From Minisyncoccota bacterium (GTDB taxonomy: Bacteria; Patescibacteriota; Minisyncoccia; UBA6257; GWB1-50-10), in contig JAYRXE010000037.1 in NCBI GenBank assembly GCA_041917695.1, forward strand, positions 306,582-370,581: a stretch of 64,000 nt of DNA, in the 5' to 3' direction. Each line of letters opens with the position of its first letter. Position 1 is the first letter of the stretch. Position numbers and translations under genes: made by a program. Positions 7,587 to 17,908 of the stretch are shown one piece after another. A model generated the notes under the pieces. It did not search any database and was not told the DNA's origin. It worked only from the letters and a program-made list of their open reading frames with translations.

Positions 7587-10103
7587 ATGAAGGAAAAAAT
7601 CTCGATAAAAGGAGCGCGGGAACACAATCTCAAGAATATATCGCTCGAGATTCCGCGCAACAAGCTCGTGGTATTCACCGGCCTCTCGGGTTCGGGCAAA
7701 TCGTCGCTCGCGTTCGACACCATTTTCGCCGAAGGCCAGCGCCGTTACATCGAATCGCTTTCCGCATACGCCCGGCAGTTTTTGGGACGGCTCGACAAGC
7801 CGGATGTGGACGAGATCGAAGGTTTGAGTCCCGCGATTTCCATTGACCAGAAAAGCCACAGCTCAAACCCCCGTTCGACCGTTGCCACCATAACGGAAAT
7901 CTACGATTATCTCCGCGTGCTTTTTGCCCGCGCGGGCACGCCCCATTGCCCTGAATGCGGCCATGAGATCAAAAAGATGACGAACGAGGAAATCGTTGAC
8001 ATTGCCATCGGGATTTCCCGCAAAAATCTCAAGAAACGCAATATCGTCGTACTTTCGACGGTCGTCCGCGGCCGGAAAGGCGAATACTACCAGATGCTCT
8101 ATGACTATTTGAACAACGGCTTTTCCGAGGTGCGCGTCGACGGTGTGTACTATTCGCTCCGCGACCGCATCGACCTTGCGCGCCACAAGGCGCACACCAT
8201 CGATTTGGTGGTGGACCGCATTCCGGCCGGGCTGGACTTTCGCGTGAAGGAAAACCGCCTGCGCCTTGCGGAGGCCATCGAGACGGGCCTGAAATACGGC
8301 CACGACGTGGTCACCATCGTTACCGAGGAGGAAATTTCGCTTTCGACGAAATTTACCTGTCCGAACGACGGCTTTTCATTTCCCGAAATCGAACCGCGCT
8401 TGTTCTCCTTTAACAGCCCTTACGGCGCGTGCCCTGTTTGCCACGGGCTCGGCACGGAAAGCTTGTGGTCCGATAAAATCTGTCCGGAATGCGGGGGGAA
8501 GCGCCTTCGCAAGGAAGCGCTCTCCGTTCTTATCAAGGGGAAGAACATTGCAACGATTGCGGCGCTTTCGATTGAAAAATCATATGAATTCTTCGGCTTG
8601 CTCCAGGAAGCGAAGAACAAGGTTTTTTCCGAGATTGCCGAAGTGCCGCTTCGGGAAATCAAAAACCGCCTCTCGTTTCTCGTCGACGTCGGCCTTGAAT
8701 ATCTCACGCTCGACCGCAAGGCCGGGACGCTTTCGGGCGGAGAGGCACAGCGCATCCGCCTCGCCTCGCAGATAGGTTCCAAACTCACGGGGACGCTCTA
8801 CATCCTCGACGAGCCGACCATCGGGCTTCATCAGCGGGACAATGCAAAACTTATTCGAACACTCCTTGATTTGCGCGATCTCGGCAACTCCGTCCTCGTA
8901 GTCGAACACGATGAGGACACGATTCGCGCATCGGATTATCTCGTGGATATCGGGCCTGCCGCCGGCGTGCACGGAGGCCAAGTCGTTGCGGCGGGGGAAA
9001 TGCCCAAGCTTTTGACGGACAAGAAGCAGACCTCGTCGACGCTCCAATATCTTCGCGGCGAAATAAAAGTGCATACGCCCCAAGAACGGCGGAATGTCGG
9101 AAAGGCGCATGATTCACTGAAGATAAAAGGCGTAACGGAGAACAACCTTCGAAACATAGACGTTTCGATTCCGCTTCGCCGGTTTACGGCGATCACAGGC
9201 GTATCGGGTTCGGGAAAGTCCTCGCTCGTGTATGACGTCCTTTTCAAAGCGCTTTCAAATACCTTCAATGGCACGAACTACGATGTTGGGGCGAACAAAG
9301 GGCTTTCGGGCCTTGAGTATATAAATCGCGTCATCAACATCGACCAATCGCCGATCGGTCGGACGCCGCGTTCGAACCCCGCGACCTATGTGGGGGCGTG
9401 GACGCATATCCGCGACCTCTTCACCTCCACGGAGGGCGCGCGCGTGCGGGGGTGGAAGCCGGGACGGTTCAGCTTTAACGTCAAAGGCGGACGATGCGAA
9501 AACTGCGAAGGGCACGGCGTGATCGCCATTGAAATGCATTTTTTGCCGACGGTGTACGTGCAGTGCGACATCTGCAAGGGCAAGCGTTTCGATCGCGAGA
9601 CGCTCGAGGTCGAGTACAACGGCAAGAATATTTACGAAGTCCTGAAAATGACCATCGAAGAGGCGGTGGAGTTTTTCGGCGACATTCCCTGGTTGCATGA
9701 TAAGCTCGCCATTCTTGAAGAGGTCGGGTTGGGGTACCTCGAGCTCGGCCAGTCCGCGACGACGCTCTCGGGCGGTGAGGCTCAGCGCATCAAGCTCTCC
9801 TCGGAACTCGGCAAACGCGACACGCGGAAAACGATGTACCTGTTGGACGAACCGACGACAGGCCTGCACTTCGCGGATGTGGACCAATTGCTGAAAGTGC
9901 TTCACCGCCTGGTGGACCGCGGCAACACGGTCGTGGTCATCGAGCACAATCTAGAAGTGATAAAGACCGCCGATTGGGTCATCGATCTCGGTCCCGAAGG
10001 GGGAGAGGGAGGCGGGAAGATCGTGGCGCAAGGAACGCCTGAATACGTTTCTAAGGTTGCGGGAAGCCACACCGCGACCTACTTGCGGAAAGCGCTGAAG
10101 TAG
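7587..10103 (+). CDS. uvrA: excinuclease ABC subunit A (compact form lacking the insertion domain)
   Basis: Two ABC ATPase modules ([10 protein letters not shown]; [10 protein letters not shown]), Zn-finger Cys pairs, UvrB-binding region present; about 100 aa shorter than E. coli UvrA between Zn modules. Confidence 0.95.
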   Translation: MKEKISIKGAREHNLKNISLEIPRNKLVVFTGLSGSGKSSLAFDTIFAEGQRRYIESLSAYARQFLGRLDKPDVDEIEGLSPAISIDQKSHSSNPRSTVATITEIYDYLRVLFARAGTPHCPECGHEIKKMTNEEIVDIAIGISRKNLKKRNIVVLSTVVRGRKGEYYQMLYDYLNNGFSEVRVDGVYYSLRDRIDLARHKAHTIDLVVDRIPAGLDFRVKENRLRLAEAIETGLKYGHDVVTIVTEEEISLSTKFTCPNDGFSFPEIEPRLFSFNSPYGACPVCHGLGTESLWSDKICPECGGKRLRKEALSVLIKGKNIATIAALSIEKSYEFFGLLQEAKNKVFSEIAEVPLREIKNRLSFLVDVGLEYLTLDRKAGTLSGGEAQRIRLASQIGSKLTGTLYILDEPTIGLHQRDNAKLIRTLLDLRDLGNSVLVVEHDEDTIRASDYLVDIGPAAGVHGGQVVAAGEMPKLLTDKKQTSSTLQYLRGEIKVHTPQERRNVGKAHDSLKIKGVTENNLRNIDVSIPLRRFTAITGVSGSGKSSLVYDVLFKALSNTFNGTNYDVGANKGLSGLEYINRVINIDQSPIGRTPRSNPATYVGAWTHIRDLFTSTEGARVRGWKPGRFSFNVKGGRCENCEGHGVIAIEMHFLPTVYVQCDICKGKRFDRETLEVEYNGKNIYEVLKMTIEEAVEFFGDIPWLHDKLAILEEVGLGYLELGQSATTLSGGEAQRIKLSSELGKRDTRKTMYLLDEPTTGLHFADVDQLLKVLHRLVDRGNTVVVIEHNLEVIKTADWVIDLGPEGGEGGGKIVAQGTPEYVSKVAGSHTATYLRKALK

Positions 10104-10116
10104 AAGGGGAATAATC

Positions 10117-10125
10117 TGGTATAAT
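10117..10125 (+). promoter_or_regulatory. extended -10 promoter element TGgTATAAT, leaderless start
   Basis: TGGTATAAT 10117-10125; ATG of downstream ORF at 10133 (7 nt after -10). Confidence 0.4.
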
Positions 10126-10132
10126 CATTCAC

Positions 10133-10339
10133 ATGTATACATTTGGATCAATTCTTGTGGTTATCGGCGTGGTCGCATTGCTGGATAATTTTGGCATTCT
10201 GCCGGGGAATTTTTGGGACTTCTTTTGGCCCGCGCTCTTAGTGCTCGTTGGCCTTTCCTTCGTTTCGCGTTCCCGCTGCCGGAAATGCCGCTGGAACCCG
10301 TGGACGCGCTGCGCCGAGTGTGACGAGAAAAAAGCGTAA
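10133..10339 (+). CDS. small membrane protein (LiaF-N/DUF5668-like TM hairpin) with C-terminal 4-Cys cluster
   Basis: 68 aa; two TM segments; CRKCRWNPWTRCAEC tail. Confidence 0.5.
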   Translation: MYTFGSILVVIGVVALLDNFGILPGNFWDFFWPALLVLVGLSFVSRSRCRKCRWNPWTRCAECDEKKA

Positions 10340-10405
10340 GTTTTGACAAATGCCGCCCTCAGGCGGTATTTTGTTTGGAGAAATTTCGTAATTAACTTTT
10401 GAAAA

Positions 10406-10840
10406 ATGGACTGTGAAATCTGCAAGAAAGAACCGTGGAGCGTTGTCCTCAGCATTCGTAAGGCGGACGGGAAGTTGAATACGCTTGCCTGTCTTCCCTG
10501 TGCCATGAACTCAAGCGCATATTGCCTCCTGCACGGCATGCCGCACCTTGGTTTTGAGGACGGTACCACGGCGTGCAGGGCATGCATTCGGGAAAAGGTA
10601 AGCGAGCTCTCGCTCGAGGAAATGGATCTGATGTACGGGATTATTGAAAGATCCCTGCCTGAAAATGAATATGAGGCATTGGAAGAGGCGATTGAAACAT
10701 CCGCCATGCTTACGAGAGCGGACGAAGCGGAAGCGCTTTACACGTTCATCGTTTCAAAGGCTCTGCGGTACCGGGAGAATCCCAAGGACATTTTCAACCA
10801 ACTGCTCCGCGGGCAATCCGCCGCATATTTATTAACGTAA
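10406..10840 (+). CDS. hypothetical protein with N-terminal Cys-rich zinc-ribbon-like region
   Basis: CEIC..x24..CLPC..x..C..C..C pattern in first 65 aa; no recognisable family. Confidence 0.45.
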   Translation: MDCEICKKEPWSVVLSIRKADGKLNTLACLPCAMNSSAYCLLHGMPHLGFEDGTTACRACIREKVSELSLEEMDLMYGIIERSLPENEYEALEEAIETSAMLTRADEAEALYTFIVSKALRYRENPKDIFNQLLRGQSAAYLLT

Positions 10841-10862
10841 AAAAACCGCCGAATTCGGCGGT

Positions 10863-11510
10863 TTATACTTTCTCCGTTCCGGCAAGCGTAAAATCCCCGA
10901 TGCGCGTCCGCCGAAGTTCGGTGAGCGTTGCGGGAAGATGAACGAGCTTTCCGATTTCTTCCGCAAGGGTGCGAATGTAGGTTCCGCTCCCGACGTCGAA
11001 CGTTATTTCCGCGCGTGCTTTCCCGTCGTGTATTTTGAAACTCCTTATTTCAGCGCTCCGCACCTCCATGACCTTCTCCGGTGGCGTGAATTCTTCGCCC
11101 GCGCGGGCGAGCGTATAGAGCGCCTTTCCGCCCTGTTTTATGGCGGAGAATTTCGGAACCGGGAACGAATTCCGCCCTTCGATTTTTTTGACGGCGGAGG
11201 CGAGCATTCCTTCGGTGAGGAGGGAGGCATCTTTTTCCTCAAGTATCTTTCCCGTTATATCTCCGCTGTCCGTCCGAATGCCGAAAAGGACCTCCGCCTC
11301 GTAGGTCTTGGGGAGCTTCAGGTAGTCCGAAAGCAGTTTGGTGCCCGTTCCAATCCCTATCACCATGAGGCCGGTGGCGTTCGGGTCGAGGGTGCCCGCA
11401 TGGCCTATTTTTACCCTCCCTAAACGCCTTTTTAAGGCTCTAATTACGTCATAGGAGGTGATTCCCTTCGTTTTATCTATCAGTAGGATTTCCGGGGCGT
11501 TTTGGCTCAT
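10863..11510 (-). CDS. truB: tRNA pseudouridine(55) synthase
   Basis: ILLIDKTKGITSYDVIRALKRRLG..KIGHAGTLDPNATGLMVIGIG TruB catalytic Asp motif. Confidence 0.9.
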   Translation of the reverse strand: MSQNAPEILLIDKTKGITSYDVIRALKRRLGRVKIGHAGTLDPNATGLMVIGIGTGTKLLSDYLKLPKTYEAEVLFGIRTDSGDITGKILEEKDASLLTEGMLASAVKKIEGRNSFPVPKFSAIKQGGKALYTLARAGEEFTPPEKVMEVRSAEIRSFKIHDGKARAEITFDVGSGTYIRTLAEEIGKLVHLPATLTELRRTRIGDFTLAGTEKV

Positions 11511-11597
11511 TTTGAGGGGTTATTAGCCTCATTCAAGGCTAAAAAGGGGGAGGGGGCAAGGCACCTCGAAACCCAGGCTACAAGCTACGACAAACTA

Positions 11598-11626
11598 TTG
11601 ACAAATAGTCAATAGTATAGTAGTAT
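11598..11626 (+). promoter_or_regulatory. putative promoter upstream of T9SS-CTD gene
   Basis: TTGACA 11598-11603, 17-nt spacer, TAGTAT; AT-rich 190-bp intergenic; strong SD aaggag before ATG 11698. Confidence 0.3.
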
Positions 11627-11697
11627 ACGGCTAGGTAATTTTAACTTAAAAAACAAGTTTTTAAACAAAATTAAAAAACTTCATAAGGAGAAGAAAA

Positions 11698-13029
11698 ATG
11701 AAAAAAGCATTTGTATGCATTTTCGCTTTATTGGCAATGATGTTCGCTTCCGTTGCTTCTGCACAGAGCGACAACAATCCCAGTAATCCCAAGTATGTAA
11801 AATCTGACGGCACTTTTGATTTTCAAAAGTTCCATGCAGATAACCCAGGTTCGGGTTCGGTGAATGGCGACAATCCGCCTCCGCCGATGGATTTCACAAA
11901 CTCACCGTATTCCCTGTATCAGAATTACTATGCCGGAGTGAATTACGGCAGTGTTAATCCTTCCAGGGACACCGGAACGGGAATGTACGGAATGGCAACC
12001 AGGGTAAATGTATCATGGACTGGCAACGGTTCATTTTATCCCCACCTTGGATTAATTCTGAATCTTCCGAACACATACGGCGTACGCCCGGTTTCTGCAG
12101 GGATGCGCGTACTGTATGCCACAACAAACGTTTCCAATTACAATGATTTCGATCTGAGGTTCGTGATGGGAGTTCGCAATGATGTGGGTGGAGCGGATAC
12201 AAACATAAGCTCAACCATGATTCAAACGCTTGGTCCTCAGCAGGGAATTGTTTGGAGAGTGGTGCAGGGTACGTTAAGCAATCCTTCAGGCGGTGCTTGG
12301 AAGCAGTGGGTTGTAGCAGCCCATTCAGGCCTGTCATTCAACAATACCAGGATAGCTGAGTGGTACATGATTGGCTGGGTGGTGATGCCGAACGGCGATA
12401 CCATCTGGACCGACCCGGGTAACGGAAATTTTTCAGTTCCGCCGCTTGCTACAGGCCCGTTTTATCCCACCCTTGGTGCGATAAACGTACCGATAAATCC
12501 GGTATGCTTTAACTGGATGAATGTAGCTGGGATACGTTACAGACTTCAGGTTTCAACTGACCAGAACTTCCCGGCATGGGCAATTGTTTACGACCAGATC
12601 GTAGACGCTCCGCCAACCTGCGTGTATGGGCTTGTTACGGGATTGACGTACTACTGGAGAATAGCAACTTCATATGAACCCAGCGGTCCGTTTGGCGGTT
12701 GGGTAACGTTGTACTTTACGGCTGGCAATCCAGTTGGAATAACGCCAATAAATGGTGAAATTCCGAAGATGTATGCATTAGGCCAGAGCTATCCGAATCC
12801 GTTCAATCCTTCCACGAAGATTAAGTTCGACGTGCCAAAGGAAGGCAACGTGAAAATCAGCGTGTATGACATAACCGGAAAAGAGATGAAGAACCTCGTA
12901 AACCAGGCTGTGAAGCCCGGCACGTATGAAATTGATTTCAGCGGTTCAAATCTTTCAACGGGCGTGTATTTCTACACCATGATAAGCGGTGACTTTGTCC
13001 AAACAAAGAAAATGATGCTGATTAAGTAA
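11698..13029 (+). CDS. secreted protein with T9SS (Por) C-terminal sorting domain; compositionally foreign
   Basis: Signal peptide MKKAFVCIFALLAMMFASVASAQ; C-terminus YALGQSYPNPFNPSTKIKFDVPKEGNVKISVYDITGKEM..GVYFYTM matches TIGR04183 Por-secretion CTD; GC about 46% vs about 58% in flanks. Confidence 0.75.
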   Translation: MKKAFVCIFALLAMMFASVASAQSDNNPSNPKYVKSDGTFDFQKFHADNPGSGSVNGDNPPPPMDFTNSPYSLYQNYYAGVNYGSVNPSRDTGTGMYGMATRVNVSWTGNGSFYPHLGLILNLPNTYGVRPVSAGMRVLYATTNVSNYNDFDLRFVMGVRNDVGGADTNISSTMIQTLGPQQGIVWRVVQGTLSNPSGGAWKQWVVAAHSGLSFNNTRIAEWYMIGWVVMPNGDTIWTDPGNGNFSVPPLATGPFYPTLGAINVPINPVCFNWMNVAGIRYRLQVSTDQNFPAWAIVYDQIVDAPPTCVYGLVTGLTYYWRIATSYEPSGPFGGWVTLYFTAGNPVGITPINGEIPKMYALGQSYPNPFNPSTKIKFDVPKEGNVKISVYDITGKEMKNLVNQAVKPGTYEIDFSGSNLSTGVYFYTMISGDFVQTKKMMLIK

Positions 13030-13107
13030 AGGTATTAGTTTAACCATGGCCCCCTCATACGGGGTCATTTTTTTATTCATCGCCCTATGATATTCTGAGA
13101 ATGAACA

Positions 13108-13884
13108 ATGGAAATACGGAATCTTCTCTCGAATTGGCTGCCGCAGGTGGCGTGGAACGTGTCGCTCTGGGGAAATTCCCTTCTTGATTACGCGACTGCC
13201 CTTGCGGTGTTCATCGTGTTCCTGGTCGGATTGAAAATTGCCCAGGCGGTAATCCTTTTTGCGCTCCGCCCCGCGGCGGGCAAAAAAGACAGTGCCGGCA
13301 ATATGTTTCTTACCATCGTCAAAGGCCTTCGTCCGCCTTTTTATTTTTTCCTGGCGCTTTATTTCGCGCTCCAGGTCGTTCATTTCAATTCGTTTGCGAA
13401 GAAGGTAGTAGATGCCCTTATCCTGATTTGGGTGGTGTACGAGATCGTCCACGCCTTCAGGGCGTTTATAGATTTCCTTATCCACCGCAAATTTGAGGAC
13501 GACCGCGACGGCGAATCGCGCCAAACGGTCGGCGCGCTTATGATCCTGGCGCACATATCGCTCTGGCTCATCGGAACTCTTTTTGTCCTTTCAAACCTCG
13601 GCGTGCAGATCAATTCGCTTCTGGCGGGCCTCGGCATCGGCGGTATCGCCATCGCCTTCGCGATGCAAAACATCCTTGCCGATATTTTCAGCTCATTCGC
13701 TATTTATTTCGACAAACCGTTCCGCGTCGGCGACCGCATCAAGATCGGCGACGACGAGGGGGTAGTCGAACGCATTGGCGCCCGCACGACGCGCGTCCGC
13801 GCCGGGACGGGGGAAGAAATCGTCATCGCAAACCGCGAGCTTGCCACCGTCCGCATCCGTAATTTCGGAAGAAAAACAACCTAA
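13108..13884 (+). CDS. mscS: mechanosensitive ion channel, MscS family (short C-terminal domain)
   Basis: TM helices then LLAGLGIGGIAIAFAMQNILADIFSSFAIYFDKPFRVGDRIKIG MscS signature; ends 1 nt before hisS. Confidence 0.75.
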   Translation: MEIRNLLSNWLPQVAWNVSLWGNSLLDYATALAVFIVFLVGLKIAQAVILFALRPAAGKKDSAGNMFLTIVKGLRPPFYFFLALYFALQVVHFNSFAKKVVDALILIWVVYEIVHAFRAFIDFLIHRKFEDDRDGESRQTVGALMILAHISLWLIGTLFVLSNLGVQINSLLAGLGIGGIAIAFAMQNILADIFSSFAIYFDKPFRVGDRIKIGDDEGVVERIGARTTRVRAGTGEEIVIANRELATVRIRNFGRKTT

Positions 13885-13885
13885 C

Positions 13886-15151
13886 ATGAAAAAAACAAAT
13901 TTATCCCTTGAACCGTACAAAGGCACGCGGGATTTTTATCCTAAGGACGAATTCGTCCAGGAATACATTTTCCGCACCATGCGTTCCGTCGTGGAGCGGT
14001 ACGGATATGAGCCGTACAACGCTTCCATTCTCGAAGAAGCCGATTTATACCGCGCGAAATCGGGAGAGGAGATTGCGAACGAACAGACCTACCTCTTTAC
14101 CGACCGCGGGGGACGGGAAGTCGCCCTGCGTCCGGAAATGACTCCCACGGTCGCGCGCATGATCGCAAAGCGACGTCAGGAGCTCGGTTTTCCGGCGCGA
14201 TGGTACTCCATCCCGAACGTTTTTCGCTACGAACGCCCTCAGCGGGGACGGTTGCGGGAACACTGGCAATTGAACGCCGATATTTTCGGGGCGTCCGGCC
14301 TCGAAGCGGAAATCGAACTTATTGAAATGGCTTCCGATCTCATGAAGGCATTCGGTGCCAAGGAAAAAGATTTCGAGATCAGAGTGAACTTGAACAGCCG
14401 CGATTTCGCGAAACTCATCGCGCATGACCTGGGCTTCCCGGAAGAGGAGTCGGTGAAGTTGATGCGTCTTATCGACAAGCGCGGGAAAATGCCCGCTTCG
14501 GAATTCCAAGCGGGAGTGAAAGAGATGTTGGGCGATAAATCGCGCGACCTTTTTGCAATTCTCGATGCTCCCGATCCGGTCGATCCGGGCCTCATCACTC
14601 TTCTTATGACACTTCGGCGGCGCGGCATAAAAAATGTCCGGTTCTATCCGTCGCTCGTACGCGGGTTCCAATACTACACGGGAAACGTGTTCGAGGTCTT
14701 TGACACGAACAAGGAAAATCCGCGCTCGCTTTTTGGCGGCGGGCGTTACGACGAGCTTCTCGATATCTTCGGGGTGGAAAAAGTCCCTGCGGCGGGTTTT
14801 GGCATGGGAGATGTTACCATCCGGGATTATCTTGAGACGCACCGCCTCCTTCCGAAATATGCCCCAAAAACCCAGCTGTATATCTGCCGTATGGGAGAAA
14901 CGCGGGAATTCGTTGAAGAGACCGCGCGCTATTTCCGGGAGAAAGGATTGAACGTCGGCGTCGATCTGACCGACCGGAAAGTCGGCCTCCAGATGAAGTC
15001 TGCGTCAAAACTCCGAATCCCGTTCGTTATGGTTATCGGGGAAAATGAAGCCAAAAAGGGCGTCCTTCCGCTCAAAAACATGGCTACGGGGAAGGAGACG
15101 AAAATGAAGAAGGAAAAAATAGTCGAATATATACAAAAAAATACGCACTAA
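13886..15151 (+). CDS. hisS: histidine--tRNA ligase
   Basis: MKKTNLSLEPYKGTRDFYP class-II motif 1 region, FRYERPQRGRLREHWQ motif 2, GGGRYD motif 3. Confidence 0.9.
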   Translation: MKKTNLSLEPYKGTRDFYPKDEFVQEYIFRTMRSVVERYGYEPYNASILEEADLYRAKSGEEIANEQTYLFTDRGGREVALRPEMTPTVARMIAKRRQELGFPARWYSIPNVFRYERPQRGRLREHWQLNADIFGASGLEAEIELIEMASDLMKAFGAKEKDFEIRVNLNSRDFAKLIAHDLGFPEEESVKLMRLIDKRGKMPASEFQAGVKEMLGDKSRDLFAILDAPDPVDPGLITLLMTLRRRGIKNVRFYPSLVRGFQYYTGNVFEVFDTNKENPRSLFGGGRYDELLDIFGVEKVPAAGFGMGDVTIRDYLETHRLLPKYAPKTQLYICRMGETREFVEETARYFREKGLNVGVDLTDRKVGLQMKSASKLRIPFVMVIGENEAKKGVLPLKNMATGKETKMKKEKIVEYIQKNTH

Positions 15152-15154
15152 AAT

Positions 15155-15514
15155 ATGACTCTTGATATCAACGGTTCGAAAGTGGATATGACTCCGTCCT
15201 TGAAGAAGTACGCGGAGATGAAAATGGGAGCGCTTGCGCGCTTCGTGAAGCATTTTGAAAAGAATGCGGAAGCGCGGGTGTACCTTGAACTCGCCCGCTC
15301 AACGAAGCACCACAAGCGGGGCGACGTATTTTATGCGGAGGCGACGTTGCGCCTTCCCGGCAAAACTTTGCGTGCGGAACATGCGCATTCCGACATCCGC
15401 TCGGCAATCGATGTCGTGAAGAGCGTGCTGGCGGAAGAAATAAAGAAGTTCAAAGAAGCTTCGAGCAGGAAATCGCAAACGCGCAAGACGCGCCGTACGC
15501 GCGAACGCGAGTAG
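15155..15514 (+). CDS. hpf: ribosome hibernation promoting factor / RaiA family (short form)
   Basis: 119 aa; KKYAEMKMGALARFVKHFEKNAEARVYLE..HKRGDVFYAEATL pattern of S30AE family. Confidence 0.75.
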   Translation: MTLDINGSKVDMTPSLKKYAEMKMGALARFVKHFEKNAEARVYLELARSTKHHKRGDVFYAEATLRLPGKTLRAEHAHSDIRSAIDVVKSVLAEEIKKFKEASSRKSQTRKTRRTRERE

Positions 15515-15567
15515 GTTCCCGGCGCTTTCAAAAATAGTGATATTCAGCTATCGTTAATTTAATTCGC

Positions 15568-17127
15568 ATGACTAAAAAGAAATTGTTCACGAAACGAAAC
15601 ATTATTATCGCCTCCGTGGGGGGCGTCGTCCTTATCGGCGTCATTGCGGCAATCATTGCTTCCTCGAAACCCAAGGAATTGAAGGTCGGGAAAATCGAGC
15701 GGGGGACGGTCGTCCAGGAAGTTTCCTCGAGCGGCAAGGTGGTTCCGGCGGAGAATATCGAATTGGCCTTTGAGAAATCCGGCCGAATCATCGGCGTGTA
15801 TGCCAAGGTTGGCGCGAAAGTGTCGAAGGGCGCTCGGCTCGTCGAACTTGAAAACGGCGATTTGAAAGCCCAGCTTGCCCAGGCTCAGGCAAACGTCCGC
15901 GCCGCCGAAGCCCGGCTGGCAAAGCTCGAAGCGGGAACCCGCCCTGAGGAGATTCGCATCAAGGAGACTGAAGTGGCAAAAGCGCGGCAGGATCTCGACA
16001 ATCTGTACGGCGAAGTGAAGGATATCGTAAACGAGGCGTATTCGGACGCGGATGACGCCGTTCGTTCGAAAATCTCAGACTTATTTGTAAATCCCGACGC
16101 TTCGAACGTCCGCTTAAGCTTCCAAACGACGAATTCCCAGGCTGAAATCGACACCCTGTCCCTCCGAGTAAAAATCGGCAAGGAATTGGCGGATTGGCGC
16201 AGCGAGCTTTCGCGTCTTTCGTATAGCGCGCCTCAAGATGAGCTCGCGAAGGCTCTTGATTCAGCCCGGGTGCGTGCGGGAATCGTAAACGACCTGCTTA
16301 CCCGCTCGCTCGACGCCGTCGAAGGATCGCAGACGCTTCCCGAAGCGACGAAGACGACCTATAAGACGAATATCTCTTCCGCCCGCACGAATGTGAACGG
16401 GTCCCGCGCTTCGCTCACGACCCAAATCCAGTCAATTTCTTCGCAGAAAAGCACGGTTACCCGGATAGAAAACGAACTCGCGCTTGCCCGCGCAGGTTCC
16501 ACCAAAGCGGAGCTCGATGCGGAACGGGCGAACGTCGACGAAGCGCGCGCCAGTGCCGCGTACGCCTCCGCACAGCTTGAAAAGACCATTTTGAGGGCGC
16601 CCTTCGCCGGCACGGTGACAAAATCCGAGAAGAGTGCGGGCGATATCGTCGCCGCGAACGAAGGCATTATTTCGCTTATCGGCATGGGCAAGTTCCAGGT
16701 TGAAGTGAATATTGCCGAGTCGGATATCACCCGGGTGAAAATCGGGAATCCGGCGCGCGTGACGTTCGATACCTATGGCACCGAGAATGTGTTCGATGCG
16801 ACGGTCGTGAAGGTGGACCTTTCGGAAACCGAGATCGACAACGTGGCGACTTACAAGACGGTTTTGGAGTTTACGAAAAGCGATGACCGCATTATTTCCG
16901 GACTTACGGCAAACGTCGTAATCGAGAATGAGAAGCGCGAGAACGTACTGTACGCCTTCACGAGAAATGTGAGTACCCGCGACGGAAAATCGTTTGTAAA
17001 ACGGCTTACCAACGCGGAGACGTTCGAAACCGAGGATGTAGAAGTAAAGACCGGGCTGCGCGGTTCTGACGGGAGGACCGAAATCATCTCCGGCATTGCG
17101 GAAGGCGAAGAAATCGTTATTCAATAA
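15568..17127 (+). CDS. HlyD-family efflux adaptor (membrane fusion protein) with extended coiled coil
   Basis: N-terminal TM, biotinyl/lipoyl-like beta hairpins (VVPAENIELAFEKSGRI..), long coiled coil, C-terminal beta-barrel (GLRGSDGRTEIISGIAEGEEIVI). Confidence 0.7.
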   Translation: MTKKKLFTKRNIIIASVGGVVLIGVIAAIIASSKPKELKVGKIERGTVVQEVSSSGKVVPAENIELAFEKSGRIIGVYAKVGAKVSKGARLVELENGDLKAQLAQAQANVRAAEARLAKLEAGTRPEEIRIKETEVAKARQDLDNLYGEVKDIVNEAYSDADDAVRSKISDLFVNPDASNVRLSFQTTNSQAEIDTLSLRVKIGKELADWRSELSRLSYSAPQDELAKALDSARVRAGIVNDLLTRSLDAVEGSQTLPEATKTTYKTNISSARTNVNGSRASLTTQIQSISSQKSTVTRIENELALARAGSTKAELDAERANVDEARASAAYASAQLEKTILRAPFAGTVTKSEKSAGDIVAANEGIISLIGMGKFQVEVNIAESDITRVKIGNPARVTFDTYGTENVFDATVVKVDLSETEIDNVATYKTVLEFTKSDDRIISGLTANVVIENEKRENVLYAFTRNVSTRDGKSFVKRLTNAETFETEDVEVKTGLRGSDGRTEIISGIAEGEEIVIQ

Positions 17128-17194
17128 GTCCTTCTCGGGCAATAAAAAATCTTCGGATTCGACATCCATTCCGAATCCGGTGTAGTTTTAAACC

Positions 17195-17908
17195 ATGCGA
17201 ATGAACCGTTTTTATTTCCCCATTCGGAATCCGAACCTTTCCGTCATGCGGCTGGACGACCGCGAGCTTATCCACCAGATGAAGGACGTGTTTCGCATGC
17301 GCGCGGGGGACGAGTTCGTCGTCATGGACGGCAAGGGGAATGAATATGGCTGCATGCTTGAGGAATTTACGAAAAACTACGCGCAGGCGAAAATCCTTGG
17401 AAAGAAGAAAAGCCTTCCTGAATTGAGCGCCGAACTTTCACTTTTTTGCGCGGTCTTGAAGCGTGAAAATTTTGAGCTCGTCGTCCAAAAGGCGACTGAA
17501 TTGGGGGCGAGGCGCATCGTACCTATCCGCACCGCCCGGACGGTGAAATTGAATCTTTCCCTTCCGCGCCTCAAGAAGATTGCGACGGAAGCGGCTGAGC
17601 AGTCGGGGCGGGGCGTTATTCCCTCGGTTTCCGACATAATGGATTTTGCCGATGCGGTGGAAATAGCGAAAGAGAACGAAACCATTTGTTTTTTTGACGG
17701 GAGCGGAAGCGCTCCAAAGAAGAAAATCGGAGAGGTAAAGAGCGTTGCGCTTTTCATCGGTCCCGAAGGAGGGTGGAGCTCCGAGGAAATGGAAGAGGCC
17801 CGCGAGAGCGGTTTTGATTTCGTGAAACTTGGTTCGTTCACGCTCCGCGCTGAGACGGCGGCGATATTAGCGTGCGGCATGTTCGCGTATGGGCAAAAAG
17901 ATCGATAA
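17195..17908 (+). CDS. rsmE: 16S rRNA (uracil1498-N3)-methyltransferase
   Basis: RsmE family N-terminal PUA-like and C-terminal SPOUT motifs (ALFIGPEGGWSSEE..GFDFVKLG). Confidence 0.8.
   Translation: MRMNRFYFPIRNPNLSVMRLDDRELIHQMKDVFRMRAGDEFVVMDGKGNEYGCMLEEFTKNYAQAKILGKKKSLPELSAELSLFCAVLKRENFELVVQKATELGARRIVPIRTARTVKLNLSLPRLKKIATEAAEQSGRGVIPSVSDIMDFADAVEIAKENETICFFDGSGSAPKKKIGEVKSVALFIGPEGGWSSEEMEEARESGFDFVKLGSFTLRAETAAILACGMFAYGQKDR

Noticed and set aside
16432-17169. 245-aa minus-strand ORF
   Set aside because: Antisense to the HlyD-family adaptor gene.
17141-17185. tmRNA or tRNA-like GGATTCGA sequence
   Set aside because: It is a simple hairpin cggattcg..cgaatccg after the HlyD gene, a likely terminator. 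No acceptor stem or tRNA-like domain.
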